Of a stretch of 64,000 nt of DNA, positions 48,601-59,800 are shown in pieces (positions within the stretch are counted from its first letter, which is position 1; every line of letters starts with the position of its first letter). Under the pieces are notes generated by a model. The model made no database searches. It worked only from the letters and a program-made list of their open reading frames with translations, and had not been told where the DNA came from. Source of the stretch: Lingula anatina (lineage: Eukaryota; Animalia; Brachiopoda); assembly GCA_051362555.1 (NCBI GenBank), contig CM120647.1, forward strand, positions 16,468,651 through 16,532,650, read 5' to 3'. A program made the position numbers and the translations under genes.

Positions 48601-51574
48601 CTTGCCCATCTCCATCAGCTGTGTAAAAACTCTCGCGCGAAACTTCAGCGCCCCCATCATCTCCTCGCGCCTCTTGTCGCACTCCTCGGGGTGGTACTTG
48701 GCCTTGAACCTTCAAAGACAACCAGAGAGAGCCACTGATGAGTTTATAAGGGTGAGGGACACTATTAAATGGTGGTCACATCTGTGTACACAGACATAGT
48801 GAACAATTTTTGGACTGGCAGAAACCACCTGTTTACCAACAATTTTTTTTAATCATGCAATACTTAAGTTAAACAATTTCTAGTAAATGCCAATTATTAA
48901 TTCAAAATCCCTCTCAATCTTTTCTTTCCTTTTTCTTCAAGTCATTTCACAAACTTCTGAATATCTGTATTTTATGGAACAACATCACTTGCTTTATTTC
49001 ATCACTTTAAACTTGGAGTCAAAATTGCTAAAGCAGTGAAATTTTACACACAATTCACATATTTCAACAAAAAAAAAATCGTTCTCCAGTAGTAACCATG
49101 ATGCACTTATGCAGATGCACTGTCACCCATCCAAACCTTACTATCTTACCATACCTACGTCCAGTCCTCCATCGAAGCAGCGTTATAAAACTCCACGCGA
49201 TTTAAATGATTTGACCTATTTATCTACCTAACACTTTGGCAGCTACTGCATTAAAAGCATGCAGAAGGATGATTGCTAGCTAGCTAAGGTACAAATAAAC
49301 GCGAGTCTTGGCAATCCAACGAAGAGCTTGTCTTTGGCGAAGGTCTTTGGCGCGAAATATTTACGAAGGTATAAAATTTCTTGCCATTTCTTTGTCGTGG
49401 ATGAGCTGGTGGGTGAAGAAATTTGGATTAGACACTCATGGGACAAGAAGACAGCTTTTAAGACAGAAAATCAGGGTAGCATGCTTATGTACCGTATCTG
49501 AAATTTCTATCAGAATTATTAAATGATAATTTTTCAGCATCTTGTAATTGAAGAATAGAAAATTTTCACCATTTTGTTATGGAATTTGCATATTGACAAA
49601 TTCAGTTACTATAAAGTTACTAATGTAAAAAGACAGATGAATTTATTCAAAATCCTCAAAGATAATATCAAAATTTATTTGTTAAAAGAGAAGTATAATG
49701 GATATGAAAGGCTACCACACAAACATCTGCCATCAAGCTGTCTCACTGTACCCCTGACATCAATTTATATAAGGAACGCAAAATTACTGATAAAATTGTG
49801 AAAATTCAACAATTATTTTAGGAGCACTTTGGACATAAATATACAAGAAAAATGTATATAAATATCTATAATATCTGTGAATAATAAAAAAAATTATTGA
49901 AAAATAAATTATTTGAGAAATTGAAATAAAGGGGCACTAAGCCCCTCTCCCCCCCCCCCAAAAAAATTTTTTTTTAACATTTGAATTTTGTATAATCCTT
50001 GATTATGCATTTCGTATTTTTGCTTATGCAAACATAAACTAAACAAGATTTCACAACTACTACATGCAACATATAACTCCATGATAAAAAAAAGATAAAA
50101 AAAACAACAACACATTATTTAAAAATTTCCCAAACTAATTCCACCTACCACTCTTCCTCTTTATGTTGAAGGAAGAAATCATTGATCTGCTGACGAGAGA
50201 AATCAATTTTATATTCGTTGTATTTTTTCACAGCATCCTGGTCACTAATGGTGTCGTCTTGCTGACCTAGAAATTGCTTGAAGGTCATCATGGGAGGCTG
50301 GGTCGGAAAGTCCGGCTCCTGACCTCTGGAAGTAGAATAATGACCATTGATCATTTATAATAATAATAATACTTAATAATAATACTTCATTACAAAATGC
50401 AACCCATTTGGTTGAAGTTTTCCATGAGAGACATATATTCTTTTCAATGGACACCGTTTTCTGTTCAGTCAATGTCTTTTTCTTACCAAAGTATTATCTG
50501 AAACTATTCTAGCACCCTTAAAGCATGACTAAATATTAGCCAGAGTTTCCAGACTTCATGGCCCCAGGTATGAATCCAGGCAGTAGTTACCTATGACCTG
50601 GATAATGTTGCTGTGGAGGGGGCATATCACCAGGTCCTGGACCCCAGCCATGGGGCGGGCCCGGGGGTCCTCCCCCACCCCCACCTCCTCCTCCGCCACC
50701 TCCATAAGGCATGTCATAGCCATAGGGGGCATCGTCCCTGAAAATAGACAGACATGTAATGTTTGAGGGTTCTTTAAATGAGAAAAACAAAGTTATCAAC
50801 TGATGACACAAGCAACAAGTGAAGGCATTGCAGACAGTTATCAGATATACATCCAAACTTACATTAGAGTGTTATAATATCAGCTGGTGACAGAAAATTT
50901 ACAAAATAATTGATATTGATATTTCATAGCCTGTTGACAAAGCCATTACTTGTTGCCTCAAACCTTGTCATCATTCTCAAAGTATAAAATACCCACCAAT
51001 CTCTTCTCATCCTCTTCATGGGGGGGCTGACATCATGACGGGAAGGGGAGTATCGATCCCGTCTTCCGCGCTCATAATCCCTGTACATATCTCGACTTCT
51101 CTCACGATTTCTGCTGCTCCAACTGTCTCTGTTCCTGTGGATTGTAAAACAAGGTATGGAGATAATCAGGGATGAGACTGTCTTTTAGTAAAAGAAGTCT
51201 GAAAAATTTGGCATGTTTCTTTTTTTTTAAATAAAGTTCACTTGAATGAAAACATCAAAGGACCAGAAAACTTGTCTTTACAGGGATTTGACGGCCATTT
51301 AGCATAAATATGGCATGGGGCCCAGGGTGCCTCTTTTACCAAGGGTACTTCTGGCTCCCAAAAAGTCGGAAAAGCACCGACAGTTGAAAAATCTCCTTGA
51401 TATCCCTGCAAATTAAGACACCCCCAAAGCCTGAGCTCATAGAAACCCTGCTCACCTAGAGTCATCCCATGGCTCTCTCCTCCTTTCCTCCCTCCTTCCT
51501 GCATAATCATCTCTTTCACGGCGAAATTTATCACGACCACGTCTTCTGTCGTATTCTTCATCACTGTCTCCCAT
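35567..51574 (-). CDS. SRRT: Serrate RNA effector molecule homologue (Ars2); 21 coding exons, ~901 aa
   Basis: Exons (5' to 3' on minus): 51456-51574, 50997-51134, 50591-50737, 50149-50325, 48540-48709, 48271-48391, 47972-48020, 47677-47769, 47196-47400, 46848-46978, 46424-46564, 45937-46128, 45302-45469, 44786-44939, 44242-44350, 39320-39473, 38827-39022, 38096-38198, 37821-37859, 37375-37404, 35567-35636. All phases are consistent and the total is 2706 nt. Hallmarks are the N-terminus [47 protein letters not shown], the zinc finger [24 protein letters not shown] and the C-terminus [16 protein letters not shown]. Confidence 0.96.
35741..35880. repeat. ~72-bp AT-rich direct repeat, 2 copies, in the last Ars2 intron
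   Basis: AAAATTTAACATTTT(T)AAATAATAAGACCTGTATAAATTAAAAT.TATA.TTCTTTTATTAA occurs twice. Confidence 0.85.
39520..39735 (-). mobile_element. Degenerate SINE-like remnant near the 3' end of the U12 intron
   Basis: GAAACCGAGGGTCCCTGGAGTAGAGGGTCCAC resembles the GAAACCGGAGTACCCGGAG..AACCCAC core of invertebrate tRNA-SINEs. An A-box-like GGTGAGGCCAGTG lies on the minus strand at the right end. Confidence 0.4.
40970..41085 (+). promoter_or_regulatory. Core promoter of the nested homeobox gene (three CCAAT boxes and TATA)
   Basis: CCAATC occurs at ~40976, ~40983 and ~41024. TATAAAA is at 41074-41080, about 200 nt upstream of the ATG at 41272. Confidence 0.65.
41272..42926 (+). CDS. Divergent TALE-class homeobox protein (spiralian SPILE/PADRE-like); 2 exons, ~338 aa, nested antisense in Ars2
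   Basis: Exon 1 is 41272-41313 ([14 protein letters not shown]|GTATGT). Exon 2 is 41952-42926, in frame after TTCTTCCAG. The C-terminal segment [43 protein letters not shown] aligns without gaps to the TALE pattern LRAWLxxHxxHPYPSxxxKxxLAxxTGLTxxQVxNWFxNxRRR. A central helical block ([34 protein letters not shown]) resembles the PADRE domain as I recall it. AATAAA is at 43522. Confidence 0.85.
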
Positions 51575-54500
51575 GCTTGTACCTTCCGACTCTAAAGATC
51601 TAAAATACATAAATGTAAATCTACAATTTGAGATATAAGAGATTAAAAAATGCATCACCATAACATTGCTAATAAGTTTTCTTTTACGTGAAAATTAGGG
51701 GATTCCGTAGAGTATACATTATAAACTAGTAGATAAAATTCTACAGACAAAGGGGGTTATTTTTAAACAATCGTTTAACCCAGATTATAAAAAATATAAC
51801 AACGAAATCAATTTGTTAAACCACTGTCGTGAATTTTGGTGATTTATGATAATTCTATTTCATTTCATGTCTCTGTTTTTTCTATTAAACGAGCAAAGGA
51901 TAGTCTCTTTTCTTTTCTAACGCTATCGTTAATGGAAATGAGAGGAAAAATTTCCCGGCAAAAATAACTAGAGTGCATTCACGACGTTTTAAGACAAGCA
52001 TTCTATAAAGACGCATGCTACAAGAACAGATCCATTTTCTTACATACCCCTTAAAATTCTGGGCTTGGAAATTCAAAAACCAAGCTGATCAGGAGAGAAA
52101 AATATGACTGATTTATTTAAAATCACGCCGATCGGCCATGTGCACGCATTCCCACAATTCCTCAAAATGACCTAGTTTCAACATCCGCTTTCTACTTTCT
52201 TAGTGTTGTGTGGAGTTTTTTCAACTGTTATAAATGTTTGAAAATCAAATTAGATGGGCCTTCTTCATGTTAGATCTACATATATAGGTAACACTATTAA
52301 TGTTAATGACACGAAGTGTTTCATCACAATATAATGACACTTAAACCAATAAGACGATAGGTGCAGCCTAGGCTACTGAGTACAGATTCCTCAACTTCTT
52401 GGAAGTTGGAGAAGATTGCAGAAAACTTACTAACCAGAAGAGAAAGACTTCACACATTGGAGAAATTTAATGAATGATGTGGGGACAGTGGTGGGACGTT
52501 CACATGAAATTATCAGTGTGTTAGCCATGAAGGAATTCATATTGGAGAGGAACGTATTACCCCCACCCTGTAACTTTCTGTAACTTTCACTTTTCAAACA
52601 GTTTTTTACATTTTATTGTTCATCTATGTCAAAGCTGTTGAAATAAAATGCTTTTGTAATTACCTGTGGACTTTTTATTAGTTTTAATCACGTTTAATCC
52701 AGCCCATTGAAATACAATGTTAGAATCTTCAATTTACACCCGCAGTCAATGACTTGCCGCATTTTCGTTGGCTAGCTCTAAGGTAATTTTATGTGAACAA
52801 GTAGCTCATAATAATTTCACAGAGGAAGTCCAAGTATACAATGTATCAATCCTATGTTCATCATATTGATGCGTCAAAAGTAGTACTGAGCCATCACACA
52901 AATTACAGGTAGTCAAAAAAGAAAACGAGGAAGAGCATCCTGCAAGAGGGCGACCATATCCTGTTGCTTTATTTAGAAATCAATATCTGTAGTTGAGTGT
53001 AATAGATTGTATTATGGAGAATTTGAGGTTACATGTAGTTTCATTATTCAGTTTTATCACATGTAATCAGAATGTTGTAATACTTACAACATTGGGATTA
53101 TCTTGTTGAAATAAAGCCCATTTGATGACAGTTGTGTTCTTCATCTTATTTTCTTTATGTGTGCACATGGTAAAGTGATGATAATAAGTTTTCAATGGCA
53201 GGTCTCTTACAAGACAATTGCCGTTTTCTAACTCCAGCTTTAGAATTGAGAACACAAATGTACATATTACCCACAAATTGACTATCTCCACTTTACCATG
53301 AGGAAAATTCGGAGCTTGACATTAAGGGTTGGGTTGTTTATTTTGCAACCGCTTTTCCCTCTCAGACAACCAAATCTTGACCAGCAGTTGCTCAACTATG
53401 CAACTGATTTGAATTTAAGGGTTTTGTAACACTTAATTATCATCCAGACACCGGAATGAGGTTTTCCTGCATCTAATTATTCAATAATGCATCTATCTTT
53501 GTGCTGATTTTAAACAATAAAAATCTAGTAAATATAGAATATAGGCGTTTATATTTCTTGTTGCAATGTATACGCATGGGGAACTCAAAGTGTTAATGGT
53601 CAATTTAACACTTTTATATTCTGAGGTGAGATAACAAACGACGTAAATTCATCCCTAAACAAGATTTTATCACAAAAATTGACCACGAGTGTATAGGCTA
53701 CAATCCCATGACGTTTTATTGGTTTAATTGTGCTTTTTTTTTTTTTTTCAGAGTTATGAGACCCTAATAACAGACTTTTATTAAACAAATGCATTATTTT
53801 GTTTTATCAACAATAAAATCTGAACTAAGATTTTTAGAAAAGTTGCTGGCAGGGATTTGGAGTACTAAATGGTGTCATTAATTCAGCGTTGAAACGGGGA
53901 TCGTGGGTGCTCAGGCACAAGAGAAATTTTAGAAACCGACTTTTTCCTTTTTACCCTAAAATCGCAATTAAGACGCCACTGTAAGATGACGTGTGTAAAT
54001 GTTAATCAATTTAGTCACTGAACACTAAAGATTTATCAATTACCCGAAAGAATGTATGTAAGGCAGTAAATGGTCAGAAACAGAAACCTCAGTGCAAAAC
54101 AAAATGAAAATAAAAACATCTGAAGTCTTCTTAGGCCTACTAGGAACGTTCCAAGCAAGCCTATCTATGAAAGCGATCAAACTTGAATTGATTAAGTAGC
54201 CTTTCCCGGTATAACAGCAAGTCATACCACCAGTTAACCGTCTTCAGCAGAAAAACGTTATCTTCTCGGCGGAATTATTTGCCAAATATGTTTTACTCAA
54301 AATTTCCATCGTTTCATTTGCTTAAATGGAAATCAAACCAGTAATTAAACATTTGATTTTTAACATTTTTAATTCCCTCTTAATTAATTAACTAATTAAG
54401 ACCCTAAGGGGACTCGCTTAAACTAAACCACGGCTGTTATAAACCGCCTTTCATCCAGTTGTAGGGCTCTTTAATATCATAGGGAAGCCAAAATTAAACT

Positions 54501-56435
54501 TCTCAAACGCGTTCTCAAACGCGGCTTCTTGTAGCCTACATCATGAACTTCAACGTCCATGATCGAGGACTGGGGTTACGTGGGATGAAATACGAATTAT
54601 CCGTGACAATGTTGAAAGTTTCCATCTAATCTTCCATTGTGAACGAAACTAGGGGCGCCGGTTTAAACAAAATTTAAAAACACGATTAGACGTTGTAGTT
54701 ATCAGGGCGCTCTCGTGGGTCCTAGCAAAATACCTTTTGCATAAAAATACGGTATACTTTAGAAAGTTTACATTAAATGATCGATTTAAAACGAACATAT
54801 TGCTGGTCGTTAGAATAAAGTCTGCGTCGTCAATAATATTTCCTTTCTCTTTAGCTAAAAGTCCATAGATTGGTGCCACAGATCTTGTACTTAAATTGAG
54901 CTGTAGCTAACTCCGTATGTTCTGCATTTCATCAAAATGTGCTATCTTCTCGGTGGGATTATCAAAGAGAACCTTTTTATTTTTTTTTACAAAAGCCTCT
55001 ATTGCTTTTAACAAGCACACATTTTGTCTTTTCATGCCTTCCTTTCCTTTTCTGCGCCCTTGCTTCTCAAGACTGTTCATGTGTTCATACAGTACCCGGG
55101 GCAAGTCCGCGGTCGTCATTTGAACGAGTAAAGACTACTCAATACTAAAACCGCCCAGGTGTGAACAGCTGTGGACCTCGTCGCACTGTATATCGTCAAA
55201 GGCGAAAGCAAACGTTATCTCAGTGCAAAACAAAATAAAAATAAATAAGTAACTGAAGTCATCTAACTAGGAACGTTCCGAGCAGGCCTATCAATGAAAG
55301 CCAACGAACTTGAATTGAATCAGTAGCTTTTCCGGTATAACAGCACGTCATACCACCTGTTAACCGTGTTCAGCAGAAGAATGTTATCTTCTCGGTGGAA
55401 TTATTTGCAAAATATGTTTTATTCAAAATTTCCATCTCTGGTACCGTGGTTCGAGACCCACCAAGTATAGTACCGTATATATTTTTCCAAAATTATGCAA
55501 CGCAAAGTCACGAGTTCGAGTCCCGGATGAGGCACGTCAGTCCATCACGACAACGACCGAGCAACTGAATCGGGACCCGGAAGTCACGAGAACGAATCAG
55601 GGCTCTCGTGGGTCCTAGCAAATTTCCTTTTGTAGTCCATCCTCTATTGCTTTTAACAAGCACACATTTTGTCTTCTCATGCCCCTCCTTTCCTTTCTTG
55701 CGCCCTTGCTTCTCAAGACTGTTCATGTGTTCATACAGTACCCGGGGCAAGTCTGCAGTCGTCATTTGAAAGAGTAAAGACTACTCAATACTAAAACCGC
55801 CCAGGTGTGAACAGCTGTGGACCTCATCGCACTGTATATCGTCAAAGGCGACAGCAAACGTTATCTCAGTGCAAAACAAAATAAAAATAAAAGTGTATCT
55901 GAAGTCATCTAACTAGGAACGTCCCTAGCAGGACTATCAATGAAAGCCAACGAACTTGAATTGAATCAGTAGCTTTTCCGGTATAACAGCACGTCATACC
56001 ACCTGTTAACCGAGTTCAGCAGAAAAATGTTATCTTCTCGGTGGAATTATTTGCAAAATATGTTTTATTCAAAATTTCCATCGCTGTAATTGCTTATATG
56101 GAAATTGCACCAGTTATCAAACATTTGAATGTTTTTCCCCTCTCTTCTTAAGATCTCGCAAAAACTAAAGCACTCCAGTTGTGAACCGCCTTTGATCCTA
56201 TTGTACTTTTTAATATCTTGGGTAAAACCCAAATCAATCTTAACATAAAACAATCTTCTACCTCCGTGTCGGGTTCTGAAACACGCATGGGTTCCTGTAC
56301 ATCATAAATTTTACCGTTCGTGATATATGCGGCACCTGGTTTATCGATTGGGATAGCAGATACACACGTTCATCCAAGCTGGCCCTCTCCGTGGCAAGGT
56401 TGAAAGTTCCCATCCGATCATTACGTATCAACGAA

Positions 56436-56532
56436 GCTGGCGTGGCTCCGTGGTAACGATGCTGTCTCGCATACAGTCAGACACTGGTACCCTGGTTCGA
56501 GACCCACCAAGTATAGTACCGTATACTTTTTT
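56436..56532 (+). ncRNA. Putative ~97-nt Pol III-type cassette (tRNA-like or vault-RNA-like); also at 58931-59027, 60352-60448, 61771-61867 and 63194-63290
   Basis: It has an A-box-like T(G/A)GCTCCGTGG, a B box GGTTCGAGACC, a terminal hairpin AAGTATA-GTACCG-TATACTT and a T6 terminator. The acceptor, D and T stems do not pair, so it is not a canonical tRNA. Confidence 0.45.
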
Positions 56533-56602
56533 CCAAAATTAAATTTTGAATATTCCGTTTGGTTACTATAAGAGGAAACTCGTAAGTACGGAGGGTGGGC
56601 GG

Positions 56603-56804
56603 GTCTGTCACGGCGCAGTCGGTAGCGTGCTTGGATGCAAATGAGATACCAGAAGCGCCATCAACCATGGCAACGCAAAGTCACGAGTTCGAGTCCCGGA
56701 TCAGGCACGTCAGTCCATCACGACAACGACCGAGCAACTGAATCGGGACCCGGAAGTCACGAGAACGAATCAGGGCTCTCGTGGGTCCTAGCAAATTACC
56801 TTTT
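56603..56804 (+). ncRNA. Putative ~200-nt tRNA-headed structured cassette (SINE-like or Pol III ncRNA); copies start at ~59098, 60519, 61938 and 63360
   Basis: It has a D-arm/A box GGCGCAGTCGGTAGCGT and a B box GAGTTCGAGTCC. Downstream hairpins are GTCCCGGATCAG/CTGAATCGGGAC and GGACC..CACGAGA/TCTCGTG-GGTCC. It ends in TTTT, and TATAAG lies ~35 nt upstream. Confidence 0.45.
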
Positions 56805-59800
56805 GCATAAAAATACGGTATACTTTAGAAAGTTTACATTAAATGATCCATTTAAAACGAACATATTGCAGGTCGTTAGAATAAAGTCTGCGTCGTCAAT
56901 AATATTTCCTTTCTCTTCAGTTAAAAGTCCATAGATTGGTGACACAGATCTTGTACTTAAATTGAGCTGTAGCTAACTCCGTATGTTCTGCATTTCATCA
57001 AAATGTGCTATCTTCTCGGTGGGATTATCAAAGAGAACATTTTTATTTTTTTTACAAAAGCCTCTATTGCTTTTAACAAGCACACATTTTGTCTTTTCAT
57101 GCCTTCCTTTCCTTTTCTGCGCCCTTGCTTCTCAAGACTGTTCATGTGTTCATACAGTACCCGGGGCAAGTCCGCGGTCGTCATTTGAACGAGTAAAGAC
57201 TACTCAATACTAAAACCGCCCAGGTGTGAACAGCTGTGGACCTCGTCGCACTGTATATCGTCAAAGGCGAAAGCAAACGTTATCTCAGTGCAAAACAAAT
57301 TAAAAATAAATAAGTAACTGAAGTCATCTAACTAGGAACGTTCCGAGCAGGCCTATCAATGAAAGCCAACGAACTTGAATTGAATCAGTAGCTTTTCCGG
57401 TATAACAGCACGTCATACCACCTGTTAACCGTGTTCAGCAGAAGAATGTTATCTTCTCGGTGGAATTATTTGCAAAATATGTTTTATTCAAAATTTCCAT
57501 CTCTGGTACCGTGGTTCGAGACCCACCAAGTACAGTACCGTATATATTTTTCCAAAATTATGCAACGCAAAGTCACGAGTTCGAGTCCTGGATGAGGCAC
57601 GTCAGTCCATCACGACAACGACCGAGCAACTGAATCGGGACCCGGAAGTCACGAGAACGAATCAGGGCTCTCGTGGGTCCTAGCAAATTTCCTTTTGTAG
57701 TCCATCCTCTATTGCTTTTAACAAGCACACATTCTGTCTTCTCATGCCCCTCCTTTCCTTTCTTGCGCCCTTGCTTCTCAAGACTGTTCATGTGTTCATA
57801 CAGTACCCGGGGCAAGTCCGCAGTCGTCATTTGAAAGAGTAAAGACTACTCAATACTAAAACCGCCCAGGTGTGAACAGCTGTGGACCTCATCGCACTGT
57901 ATATCGTCAAAGGCGACAGCAAACGTTATCTCAGTGCAAAACAAAATAAAAATAAAAGTGTATCTTGTATGTCGTTAGAATAAAGTCTGCGTCGTCAATA
58001 ATATTTCCTTTCTCTTCAGTTAAAAGTCCATAGATTGGTGACACAGATCTTGTACTTAAATTGAGCTGTAGCTAACTCCGTATGTTCTGCATTTCATCAA
58101 AATGTGCTATCTTCTCGGTGGGATTATCAGAGAGAACATTTTTTTTTTTTTTTTTACATTTTGTCTTTTCTTGCCTACCTTTCCTTTTCTGCGCCCTTGC
58201 TTCTCAAGACGGTTCATGTGTTCATACAGTACCCGGGGCAAGTCCGCGGTCGTCATTTGAACGAGTAAAGACTACTCAATACTAAAACCGCCCAGGTGTG
58301 AACAGCTGTAAACCTCGTCGCACTGTATATCGTCAAAGGCGAAAGCAAACGTTATCTCAGTGCAAAACAAAATAAAAAATAAAAAAGTATCTGAAGTCAT
58401 CTAACTAGGAACGTTCCGAGCAGGCCTATCAATGAAAGCCAACGAACTTGAATTGAATCAGTAGCTTTTCCGGTATAACAGCACGTCATACCACCTGTTA
58501 ACCGTGTTCAGCAGAAAAATGATATCTCCTCGGTGGAATTGTTTGCAAAATATGTTTTATTTTAAATTTCCATCGCTGCAATTGCTTATATGGAAATTGC
58601 ACCAGTTATTAAACATTTGAATGTTTTTTCCCCTCTCTTCTTAAGATCTCGCAAAAATTAAAACACGTCTGTTGTGAACCGCCTTTGATCCCATTGTATT
58701 CTTTAATATCTTGGGTAAAGCCAAAATCAATTTGAGTATGAAACAAACTCCTAGCTCCGTGTCGGGTTCTGAAACACGCATGGGTTCCTGTACATCATGA
58801 ATTTTACCGTTCATGATAAATGCGGCACCTGGTTTATCGAATGAGATAGCAGATACACACATGTTCATCCAAGCTGGCCCTCTCCGTGGCAAGGTTGAAA
58901 GTTCCCATCCGATCATTACGTATCAACGAAGCTGGCGTGGCTCCGTGGTAACGATGCTGTCTCGCATACAGTCAGACACTGGTACCCTGGTTCGAGACCC
59001 ACCAAGTATAGTACCGTATACTTTTTTCCAAAATTAAATTTTGAAAATTCCGTTTGGTTACTATAAGAGGAAACTCGTAAGTACGGAGGGTGGGCGGGTC
59101 TGTCACGGCGCAGTCGGTAGCGTGCTTGGATGCAAATGAGATACCAGAAGCGCCATCAACCATGGCAACGCAAAGTCACGAGTTCGAGTCCCGGATCAGG
59201 CACGTCAGTCCATCACGACAACGACCGAGCAACTGAATCGGGACCCGGAAGTCACGAGAACGAATCAGGGCTCTCGTGGGTCCTAGCAAATTACCTTTTG
59301 CATAAAAATACGGTATACTTTAGAAAGTTTACATTAAATGATCCATTTAAAACGAACATATTGCAGGTCGTTAGAATAAAGTCTGCGTCGTCAATAATAT
59401 TTCCTTTCTCTTCAGTTAAAAGTCCATAGATTGGTGACACAGATCTTGTACTTAAATTGAGCTGTAGCTAACTCCGTATGTTCTGCATTTCATCAAAATG
59501 TGCTATCTTCTCGGTGGGATTATCAGAGAGAACATTTTTTTTTTTACAAAGTCCTCTATTGCTTTTAACAAGCACACATTTTGTCTTTTCATGCCCTCCT
59601 TTCCTTTTCTGCGCCCTTGCTTCTCAAGACGGTTCATGTGTTCATACAGTACCCGGGGCAAGTCCGCGGTCGTCATTTGAACGAGTAAAGACTACTCAAT
59701 ACTAAAACCGCCCAGGTGTGAACAGCTGTAAACCTCGTCGCACTGTATATCGTCAAAGGCGAAAGCAAACGTTATCTCAGTGCAAAACAAAATAAAAAAT

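Noticed and set aside
56603-56708. Intron-containing tRNA-Cys(GCA)
   Set aside because: The D arm and B box are present, but the anticodon, T and acceptor stems pair poorly and position 8 is not U. It is kept only as a tRNA-like cassette.
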